A DNA stretch of 64,000 bases. It comes from TPA_inf: Saccharomyces (lineage: Eukaryota). The position numbers and the translations under genes are program-made. The stretch is from positions 512,001-576,000 of the forward strand of contig BK006939.2 in the NCBI GenBank assembly GCA_000146045.2, read 5' to 3'. Positions 49,705 to 59,523 of the stretch are shown here, piece by piece (the first letter of the stretch is position 1; every line of letters starts with the position of its first letter). The notes beneath the pieces were generated by a model. That model did no database searches, was not told where the DNA came from, and saw nothing but the letters and a program-made list of their open reading frames with translations.

Positions 49705-50625
49705 CTAATTATCCTGCATCCAAGACATGAAATCGGTATATTCAAGGAAATTTATTAGCACTGAAATGCATATATTCATTTTTGTTAGCCACGGAACTGA
49801 ACTCTCATTATAATGTGGCGGTCCGGTTTCCCCTAAAAATAATTGAGGGCATATATGCATATCTTTTCGAGACTCAGGTTGAAAAAGAGCCTCCTTAGTT
49901 CTGCACATACATCCAATAGTAGGGCAGGAGTCCCAATCAAATTTAGGTATGTCCTCTATGCTATCACCCACCTCTGGTAAACAGCCAATTGCGGCCTTTA
50001 TGATGAACAGTGAGGAATTCAAATTAAATTTACTCTCTGAGGTGAAAACCCATTTCATAATAACCTTTTTATCCTCTACAACATATACTGATCTAATTTC
50101 AGAGCATCTAACCAGTGTCAATATCCTAAAATCTTCCTTTTTTCCGAAGTTGAGCTCTAGTATGTGGGATATTCTCTCCTTATTGCGATAATAGCTTGTT
50201 TTCTTCACCTTAACAGTGCAAAAAAGAACTTTAAACAGAGTGAAACCGTCGCACTCTCCTTTTACCTCATAATCCGACTCTTCAGGGAAGTCCCCATTTT
50301 TCAATATCTCGTATTGATAAAAAAGAAAACCCACATAATCTCGCCTAACAAAAAAAGGCTTCTTAGTGCGGAAGGCAAATAACGGCAAGCCCTCTCCATC
50401 CGCCGTAAATGACTTGAAGGGATGCTTCCTACTTGCAAACAGATTTATAGATCGTTGTGATTTGAATATTAGATCGTCTTTGAAAACACGAAGCTTGACC
50501 ATTCCAGTTTTCGTTACAGTATCAAATTTAAACTTATCCGGAACATCCTTCCTGTCTTCGTTAGCGTAGATTTCTTCTTCTATAGCCTTTACTCGAGGCT
50601 CGTAACCATCAGGATGCCACAGCAT
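49705..50625 (-). CDS. YER186C: Uncharacterised 306-aa protein.
   Basis: ATG-initiated 306-aa ORF with ordinary composition. I recognise no domain. Confidence 0.7.
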   Translation of the reverse strand: MLWHPDGYEPRVKAIEEEIYANEDRKDVPDKFKFDTVTKTGMVKLRVFKDDLIFKSQRSINLFASRKHPFKSFTADGEGLPLFAFRTKKPFFVRRDYVGFLFYQYEILKNGDFPEESDYEVKGECDGFTLFKVLFCTVKVKKTSYYRNKERISHILELNFGKKEDFRILTLVRCSEIRSVYVVEDKKVIMKWVFTSESKFNLNSSLFIIKAAIGCLPEVGDSIEDIPKFDWDSCPTIGCMCRTKEALFQPESRKDMHICPQLFLGETGPPHYNESSVPWLTKMNICISVLINFLEYTDFMSWMQDN

Positions 50626-53602
50626 GATACTGTTTACAGAACTCGATCATATACTAGAACCTTTGACTTCGGTAATCAGCCCGCATCCTATGCTTTCATT
50701 TCCTTGGCGTATGTTACTGACTAGTTTCCTGGCTTAAAATAGGAGAATTCATCCTCTTAGTTATTTTCTTGGTGGACCACGTGCCTTGCTTAAAGCAGGG
50801 CGCTGCCGTTGTTGCAACAGCATTTTCAGACTTTCCTTTAGGTAAAAAAGGTCAACCAATAATTTTATTTTATTTCTGATGATGGTTGCGCGTTCCAAGA
50901 AAATCAAAACCTTGGGCCTCATCCTCTTCTAAGACGTATAATGCAATCAAGAAACCCTTCCCAAAACCTAATAAAGGCTTGTTATTAGTTTCAAATTCAG
51001 GCAGAACTCGACTTGGATCTTTTAAACTTTTAAAGTCGTAGAAAATAGGTGCATAATTAGCTAAAACAGAAGAGACTCACCATTTGAATTATATAACTTT
51101 ATTAATTCGAGTAAAACATCCATCAGGTATAGCGTGTTGCGGAAAGACTTTTTTTACTCTTATTGTAACAAATATGTGTTACAATTTACCTGTAACCTTG
51201 TTCTGTATAAAATTTTCTCTCGTTGTCATATGCCAATCTTTATATAATTAATAGAAATTTAGGAGGAACACAAGAAGAGGGGTAGATCCCGACAAGCCTT
51301 AACATACAGACGTAAAATTACTCGCAAATTTGCGAACCACTTGGTCAGGTGCGGTACGTAAAACGAAGATTTGTACAATAAAAATATTGTTGGTTTAGCT
51401 AGATTATATTCTCCGATGATTTTTTAACTTCGATTTCCATCAAATTTTATATTAGACAGTAATGGAGTTTCAATTTCGAAGTCACTTCACTTGAAGCTGA
51501 ATTATACTAAAAAAATTTTCTTTTACTTGATTTATTGCTCTGCAGTGTCTGATAGTGTAATGGCGGATAATGCAAAGAAGAGTAAAGGGAAGATATTTTA
51601 TTTCTTTGATTATACAAAATTTTTAACTTGTATGTGATCCCTGTCTTTAATATCGTTTCATTATACAAACTAACTACAGAAATAGCTAAATGAGTGATTA
51701 CTGTGCCATCATTTTGACTTCAAAGATCATCTATATCTTGATATAACATCTACCTGTCGAAAGTAAGATCATCCCTTTGCGGGCATGTAAGGTGTAAGAT
51801 ATAAGAACAAACAATTGCTAGAAAATAGCTTTGAATGAATGTTAAAAGGGACTGAACTTAGAAGTGTGCGATTTTCTGTTTTCAAAATTTGCCCAAAGCG
51901 CTTCTTTTCTTTTTAAGAATTGTATAGATGTAATTATTTAACGGATGTCTGACATTATTGAACCTTCCTAACTCCACAAAAATAACCAACGGGACCTCTA
52001 CCTTACTAAACCACTTCCCGCCCCATTAACTAACCAGCATAACCTAGACAATACAAGGAAATGTACTTCGAAATTTTAAGGTAAACGCAATTCTTGTCAC
52101 AATATAAAGCTCTCACTGTGCTCATACACTGCTTCGATAATAAAAACCAAATGGTTTCTACTAAAACATAGCAAGCCTCACAAGATATAGAGATCACACA
52201 CCATTGAAAAAGAAAGTTCAGCAAGTTTGCTGGAGGTTGCAAAGAGACTAACGAAGGGCTTTCATAACGACATTTTACAGTTATTGATAAAAGAATGCTT
52301 TTACGACAGCAGAACCTATTGGTTTGAAGAAGATAGAGGTCTAGTAGTATATTGTTGCTTTAATGATTCAAACTCTTAACAATGTGGGCAAATATGCGTA
52401 TGATTTCGTTCTGGGAAAGGATAGTAAGAAGCCTTTTTGATTACAAAACCGTGAAAGACGGTTTAGCAGCTTTTACAGGAAACCTGCTTTACCTTAGCCA
52501 GTGTTTTCTCATCTTCAAAAAAAAGTATTGTACGCAACTCTTCCATCTAGCAGAGCTCCCGCTCTTTTTCAAACAAGTTTCATTATATTTATTCTTAATA
52601 ATTTTGGTATCATCGAGGTGAGGTCTTCGTTGTTTCAACACCAGCTATTTTTCAGCGGCTTACAATTACGTAGTTCTATTAACGAATACACTGGGAGGTG
52701 AGTATAATCATGGACTGTAACACTATACGACTCCAACACGTTATATGTATCAGTTATATATATATATTATATTATTTTGGGAAGAGTAGCATTGCTTTTG
52801 AAAGTACACGGGGTTTACTTTGGCTCATAGAATGGGTCTGGATATGAAATTCTGAAATATTCAGATTTTGGAGTACTGAAAATATTTAGCAAGAATTTCA
52901 AATATTAGTTAGTAAACCAAACCAAGGCATCTGAACTTGAACCTCCATAACTCGCTTTCTAACATAATGAGCTTGTATGACATAATATTATAGAACTCGA
53001 GGTTAACCTTTAAATATAAATATAGTAATCTTCATGATAATAATTTCAGGGTAGTGCGCGTATTTGTCGAAAAAACGCAAAATGACAGAAATTCTATGTT
53101 TACTGACTTTAGATTTTGTTTTAGATCAATTGGCGGAAAAAGGACGCAGTCTGTAACTTTGATTGGCATCTTGATTTGATTTGTTGGGTGGTTCTCTTAC
53201 AATCAATGGTTTATTTCATGGAAAGCTTGATGACATGTGATAGCACACCATGCTAATTAGTGAAAAGAGTCCTTGTTGACTTACCACATGTGCAGCCGCC
53301 TTTTACCGTGGTGCGAAGCATATTGAGCGGCCTGGAGACCAAGAATGTCAGGGCCTTTAAACAATAGAAGAAGTGTATAGGAAAAAACTAAGGTGTTTTG
53401 AGATATTTTTTATAAAAGTAGTATTTCTTAAAAATCAGCGGGGAGCCATTCTTTGAAGGCGCGCTTGCAAATTTTAGGTATTGGGCTTGATTATTTTGGC
53501 AAGTGTCATGCATTGTAACAAATCTATATAAAGTGACAATTCTGGAACACTGTATCGTAATCCCAAATAATGTATGTAGAATAGAAAAAAATATATGAAA
53601 AA

Positions 53603-54655
53603 ATGAATAGATCATACACAGACGACATGAATAGCAGCCCTCCAAATTACTTGACAACAAGGACGTTTAGAATCGTTAGATTGTTTGCAATAATTTTTGC
53701 ACTGCTTTTGGTAGCGTACTCATTATTTTTAAGCACACTTAGAACTGGAGCTATACCTGACCGCGCCAACACTGCTGCTCTAGTACGGCGAGCTAGGTGA
53801 TCATTTGCGACTGGATTAGGACTAGGAGGATTTTTAATTGCTGCAGCCGCTTATGCTACTCCTTACTGGGTCGCAGCAACCTGTATCGCATCCACTAGCG
53901 GAATATGTTCACCTATAGCTGGTGCTGTTTTAGCAACTTCAGCAGTTATAGTTGCAGCAGTTTTAGTGGGAAAGAGTTCTGGCTCAGCAACAAAGCGAGG
54001 GTTAAGTGAGACTATTAATGTACTGAATCATACTATAACACTCACTGATCATGTGCTCAATGGGCAAACATTGTCTAATGGTACTGGTAGTAATTTTGTT
54101 ACAATAGAGTTTAGTGGGTATGCAGTACATGACACTATTAAACGTGACGGTGCTGCTGAGATCAACTTTGTGGGGTATACTACGGAGCATGGAACCCACA
54201 TCAGCACGAGTAGCGTACATAATGTGAGCATGCTCATCGATCAAATCGTGGCAGCGGTACCAGGGGTACCTGATATAAGTGGCAACGCTTCGGCCCTATC
54301 GTTACAGAGACGCAGTCAAGAGTTCGCCACCTCATGGATATCAATGACATATAGTCAGAGTTATGGTGACCTGGCACAGAACTGGCAGAATGACGAAGGT
54401 GGAGCAGGAAATTTTGATTCTTATGCTGAAGAGAAGTTACAGAATTTCTTTTCAGGTAATAGGGATTGGAAATACTGCTTTGCTGCTGAGGACACGAAAA
54501 ACGGTGAGCCACTTGATTACGATGACATACCTGGTGACGGTGCAGGCACGGGTTCGGCATTCAAGTCTGAGATATATTTTAACACTTACGGTGGTATAGA
54601 TAATTATTGTAATGACGAGCATATCGGTGCTCAGAACACTGGAGATGGTCGATAA
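53603..54655 (+). pseudogene. KHS1: KHS1-type chromosomal killer-toxin reading frame. It spans 350 codons in one frame, interrupted by a single in-frame TGA at 53798-53800. The 141-codon YER187W ORF is the C-terminal part starting at the internal ATG at 54230.
   Basis: ATG at 53603 opens a hydrophobic N-terminus (MNRSYTDDMNSSPPNYLTTRTFRIVRLFAIIFALLLVAYSLFLSTL) typical of a secreted toxin precursor, then stops after 65 codons. The same frame reopens immediately and has no further stop until 54655; I translated 53801-53965 by hand and found it open. A TATA box lies at 53525-53532. Confidence 0.65.
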
Positions 54656-54689
54656 AGCTTTACGCCTGTCGCTGAATTGACTGACCCGA

Positions 54690-54950
54690 AATTAAGAACT
54701 GTTGACGTAGTGAATTACGATCTAGTTTATATGTCATAATGTAGTAAGTTTATTGGACCCTTCTATATGTTATGTAAATGTAATAATTACATAGTTACTG
54801 CTTTTGTACATAGAAACTATAGTTTCTTAAGTACTACCGGATTAGAGGTTTGCTACTATATGTTTTCCTTGTCTCAAGCATTACTGAAACAACTCTGAAA
54901 CAATACTAAAACATTACTCATATCATGCTTTTGGGTTACCACATTCAACA
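54690..54950 (-). mobile_element. Solo LTR of about 261 bp with TGTTG...CAACA termini, most consistent with Ty5 (omega). Copy 1.
   Basis: It begins TGTTGACGTAGTGAATTACG and ends GGGTTACCACATTCAACA. It aligns over essentially its full length with the inverted copy at 56791..57024. Confidence 0.55.
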
Positions 54951-56039
54951 ATAACTCGAATACATTTATAAAAAAAACAAAACTAAGGTACAAAACACAC
55001 ACCACACCACATACGCGCTGATTGGTTTTATGGAAGCTAATAGTTCAGACATAGCTCAGAAAAATAATAATAAGTATTATCAAATATAACTCATCTGGTT
55101 ACATGCTAAGTTCTTGTCAAGTGATATAGCGTTATCTTTATTATTGAATTAAATTCTATAATTAGAATTCGACTACACCAACTAATGACTCTAAAAAATA
55201 TGTGATTGCCCTTCAAGATTGCATTATTTCTCAATGCATTACATACATAGAGTATACTAGATACAGATAGATGATTGTAAGTGTTGGAACAAGATTCAAT
55301 TATCATCCTATTTATTGCGATAGACGCACTACTTGAGAGTGATATACTTACTTATGCTACTGCATTCAAAGAGTACCACTAAACAATCTCAACAGAATCA
55401 ATCAGACTTTTTTTTGCCACAAAAACTTTTAACGATGTCCTTTGGCAGTACTGTATTTTGAGATTAAAGGCGTTCAGTCAATAAAAAATCTAAATTCTTG
55501 TTCATTTTCAGTTCTGGTATTTTTTTCATATTAATGATGGGGTGGCTCTGGAGGCTCATTTTTCCCACTGAAGATCGCTGGTAATTTCGTTCGTATGTTT
55601 TAAAGAGAACTATATCCTGTCGCCAATTATGTGCAGTTGATGAGAAAACTAAGATAGAAATAAGTAGGGATGGAACCAGGATCCACAAGAAGCGCGTTTA
55701 GCCGATCCGGCTTATCAGGTACGAGAAGCAGTATTATTAAGTAAGAAAGCGCGCAGGAAAGCGGCCTTTTGAAAGCACGTCTGCAGACATCTCACGACAC
55801 ATTCCCAAATAGGGCCCTGCTAAAAAAAAAGCAGCAGAGCGTACGTTGCCTGGGAAGCATGGTTTAGCGTGTTGCTATATTATGGTAAGGGGGGTGGTCA
55901 GTATACGTTGTGCTGACTGCCAGAGAATATCCTTATTCACAATTATTTGTTGAGTTTGATACTTATTTACAGAGACTATATATAATGACACTTTTGGAAT
56001 ACAGTATCGCTACTCAATATCATAAAAAAAGTAACAATA

Positions 56040-56759
56040 ATGATGCCTACCTACCTAGGAAAGTTAACGTGGTCATACTTTTTTACCACTTTAGGACTAG
56101 CTTGTGCTTACAACGTAACAGAACAAATGGAATTTGATCAGTTCAAATCAGATTACCTTGCCTGTCTCGCACCAGAACACAGAAACATTGTAGTCGATTT
56201 GGCTAGTAATGGATTCATAACAATTTCACCGATGGCGAATGCAACAATTGACTTTGAGGATGTAACTAGTGATTATTTTAACTGCACTGACGTCAATACT
56301 AACGTACAGGTTACGATCGCGTCATTTTACAATGAATACGGTTTTGGGCCCGATGATAACGGCTATTATCACGCTATGGAAGAACCCTCAGAATTTGAAC
56401 GGCATGACATGGATGTTAGGCTCTACAGACCATACTATCCAGGTGAGTTTGTCATGGGAAGACGTTCAGATGCACTTGGAGTGACTGGTTTTGACCAAAA
56501 GGACTGCGCAGGTGAGGGTTTTTACGACGAACAAACTGCAGCAACGTCATGTCAAAATATAGGCTCCACTCAGTACGCCAAGTCGGTCAGGTCTTATAAC
56601 TATGGATGCTGCGGCGGGGCGGTCTGGATCAGGATTTGGCCGCATCACAATTGTTCAAAAGGTCATGATCACCATTTCAAGATAAGGCCAGGCCAGATGC
56701 TATGCTGGAATGTCAACCCATATTCTTGGATGCAACCAGAATCCGGATGGAATCCGTAA
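56040..56759 (+). CDS. YER188W: Uncharacterised secreted-type protein, 239 aa. It has an N-terminal signal-like segment and is Cys-rich with several N-glycosylation sequons.
   Basis: ATG at 56040. The hydrophobic N-terminus reads MMPTYLGKLTWSYFFTTLGLACA. There are about 14 Cys including a CC pair, and NVT/NAT/NCT/NCS sequons. A TATA-like element lies about 65 nt upstream. Confidence 0.7.
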   Translation: MMPTYLGKLTWSYFFTTLGLACAYNVTEQMEFDQFKSDYLACLAPEHRNIVVDLASNGFITISPMANATIDFEDVTSDYFNCTDVNTNVQVTIASFYNEYGFGPDDNGYYHAMEEPSEFERHDMDVRLYRPYYPGEFVMGRRSDALGVTGFDQKDCAGEGFYDEQTAATSCQNIGSTQYAKSVRSYNYGCCGGAVWIRIWPHHNCSKGHDHHFKIRPGQMLCWNVNPYSWMQPESGWNP

Positions 56760-56790
56760 CGAATAGGATTCTGGACATACGTTAGGTTCT

Positions 56791-57024
56791 TGTCGAATGT
56801 GATAACCCAAAAGCATGGTACAAGTGATGCTTCTTTTTTGTGTCGGTAATACACAAGGAGAACATATAGTGATAAACCTCTAACCCACTATTACTTAAGA
56901 AACCCTAGTTTCTATGCACAAAAGTAGAACCCTATATATCTTATATTTGTATTACATATATAAATGTCCAGTAAACTTACCACATTATGACATATAAGCT
57001 AGATCGTAATTCACTACGTCAAAA
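56791..57024 (+). mobile_element. Solo LTR, Ty5-like, copy 2. It is inverted relative to copy 1, with mutated termini.
   Basis: It starts TGTCGAATGTGATAACCCAAAAGC (one mismatch to TGTTG) and ends CACTACGTCAAAA. It aligns in reverse complement to 54690..54950, with long near-identical blocks. Confidence 0.55.
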
Positions 57025-57559
57025 TTACATTATGGGAGTGAAAGTATAATGGAGCACCCGTGTGAGTATGTGCTTGTTGACGTTAACGAGGATGAACAAA
57101 CGACAAATAGATTCGACGTATTGAAGTACTTCTTGGCCACTTTTCATCTTCTGACGCGGTGAGCTTTTAAGAGCCCTTCTTTTTCGACTGGCCACGTGAG
57201 AAGACATACAGTTCAGCTTACATAGCTTTGGCCCATACAATACCTATGTGCCCCAAACCGCAGAGACGATTAGCACACCTTTTTACCTGCACCACAGTCA
57301 TTTCTCGATAATGGTGAAAACACAGTGATACCACCGCACAGCAAAGGTGCTGCCAATGGACTTGAAATATTTTATGGAGTGCGAATAAAAAAATGCTCAT
57401 GGACTCGAATATGAGATGCAAAGCCACCCTGTGCAAAATGGTTATCCTTGTGGGAGAGTGTTACGACAGTGATGTGGCATATTATTCTAATGTATGGTCT
57501 GTGTAAGTACGAAATATTCTGAAATGGCATCCGTTCAAGCAATGGTAATATTAAGGAAC

Positions 57560-58080
57560 TTATACGTTAATGACGTCATGGTGGTATTGATACGTAATTG
57601 AGTGTGTTTATGTATTATCGTTGAAGGATAGAATATTTTTATGTTTAGGTGATTTTAGTGGTGATTTTTTTGTAATATTGACATAAGTGTATATAAATTG
57701 AGTGGATAGTAGATGGTGAAAAAGTGGTATAACGTATGTATTAAGGGCAGTTATACAATATTTGGGGCCGCCGAATGAGATATAGATATTAAAATGTGGA
57801 TAATCGTGGGCTTTATGGGTAAATGGCACAGGGTATAAACCGCTGAGGCAAGTGCCGTGCATAATGATGTGAGTGCATTTGTACTGATTTAGTGAGAGAT
57901 GGGCCATGGAGTGGAATGTGAGAGTAGGGTAAGTTTGAGAGTGGTATACTGTAGTAGCATCCGTGTGCGTATGCCATATCAGTATACAAGTGAGGGTGAG
58001 TATGGCATGTGGTGGTGGGATTGGAGTGGTAGGGTAAGCACGTGTGTATTATTTACGATCATTTGTTAACGTTTCAATAT
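57560..58080. repeat. Subtelomeric X-element core (boundaries approximate).
   Basis: Characteristic X-core sequence, including the ARS consensus match TTTTATGTTTA at 57637-57647 and the conserved ...TATTATTTACGATCATTTGTTAACGTTTCAATATGGTGG end. The track ORF 57608..57907 (-) lies inside it. Confidence 0.55.
57637..57647 (+). promoter_or_regulatory. ARS consensus sequence (WTTTAYRTTTW) of the X-core replication origin.
   Basis: Exact 11/11 match TTTTATGTTTA inside the X core. Confidence 0.4.
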
Positions 58081-58330
58081 GGTGGTAGAACAACAGTATA
58101 GTGAGTAGGACATGGTGGATGGTAGGGTAATGGTAGGGTAAGTGGTGGTGGAGTTGGATATGGGTAATTGGAGGGTAACGGTTATGGTGGACGGTGGGTT
58201 GGTGGTAGGAAGTAGAGGGATGGATGGTGGTTGGGGTGGTATGGTTGAATGGGACAGGGTAACGAGTGGACAGTAGGGTAATGGAGGGTAAGTTTGGAGA
58301 CAGGTTGGCGAGGGTTAGATTAGGATAGCA
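58081..58330. repeat. X-element combinatorial repeats (subtelomeric repeats).
   Basis: Degenerate TTAGGG-like G+T-rich repeats such as GGTAGGGTAAG, GGTGGTGG and GGGTAATGG lie between the X core and the Y' element. Confidence 0.5.
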
Positions 58331-59154
58331 TATCTATGTCACCTTATTGCATGCTGGATGGTGTTAGACAAGGCCGTAGGGACATATAGCATCTAGGAAG
58401 TAACCTTGTACGAAAATAGGCAATATTTCCTGTTTGACGCAGATTTTAGCCCAAAGATCTAGCGTTAAGGAATTTTTTTATAGTGGGACATTGCAAACCA
58501 AGGAAGTAACTTGATACGTCGTTGGTGAATGGGTCTGTTTTCTTATTCGGCGGGGTAATACATTTTGAGGGAAGGTTGTCTGTCTGACGCGCCATATGTA
58601 GGTACGCCAAAAAGGGCTCCTTTACTTCGAAGCGCGAGGTCGTATACCTAATAAGGAAATGTAATTTATAACTTTTTATTATATTGGTCTTTTCGAGAGC
58701 GGAAGAAGTTGTAGGCTAAGCGCAGGCTAAGCGTAGGTCCATGTTTAAAGTATCCAAGAGAATATCCACGAAGCGGCTGAGCAACGAACAGAATCCTGGT
58801 TCTCCTCGACTAAGCAGATAGTTAAGATACTGTGCACCATGGAAATTGAAAACGAACGTACGTACCGACTACTTTATTTTTGCAGGCCGGAAATCAAGCG
58901 ATGAATGAGACATCCTTCTGTTTTCTATGTTGTGCTTGAAGGGGACAGACAGTCGCTTATCTTAGTGAGATTTTGTTTGCTTTTGCTGCACCTGCATAGC
59001 GCAGATTCTGCATCTTCTCAATAGCTTAATTATTACATTCTTAGATGATGATAAGACGGAAACTGGAGAATCTTTTGTTTATATTGATGGATTTCTTGTC
59101 AAAAAGCATAACAATCAACATACTATTGTTAATTTCGAAACTTACAAAAATAAA

Positions 59155-59523
59155 ATGAAAGTTTCCGATAGGCGTAAGTTTGAAAAAGCAAACTTTGACG
59201 AGTTTGAGTCGGCTCTAAATAACAAAAACGACTTGGTACATTGTCCCTCAATAACTTTATTTGAATCGATCCCCACGGAAGTGCGGTCATTCTACGAAGA
59301 CGAAAAGTCTGGCCTAATCAAAGTGGTAAAATTCAGAACTGGTGCAATGGATAGGAAAAGGTCTTTTGAAAAAATTGTCATTTCCGTCATGGTCGGGAAA
59401 AATGTACAAAAGTTCCTGACGTTTGTTGAAGACGAACCAGATTTCCAGGGCGGACCAATCCCTTCAAACAAACCACGTGATGGTCTACACGTTGTTTCAA
59501 GTGCATACTTTGAAATTCAATAG
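59155..59523 (+). CDS. YER189W: Y'-encoded ORF1, 122 aa. It is the N-terminal frame of the Y' helicase protein, separated from the main ORF by a frameshift.
   Basis: The product begins [37 protein letters not shown], which matches the N-terminus of full-length Y' helicase proteins as I remember them. The frame ends at TAG 59521-59523. The main helicase frame overlaps in another frame from 59480. Confidence 0.45.
   Translation: MKVSDRRKFEKANFDEFESALNNKNDLVHCPSITLFESIPTEVRSFYEDEKSGLIKVVKFRTGAMDRKRSFEKIVISVMVGKNVQKFLTFVEDEPDFQGGPIPSNKPRDGLHVVSSAYFEIQ

Noticed and set aside
57608-57907. 99-aa minus-strand ORF (corresponds to YER188C-A).
   Set aside because: It is wholly inside the conserved X-element core repeat, and its composition reflects the repeat. 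Treated as non-coding.
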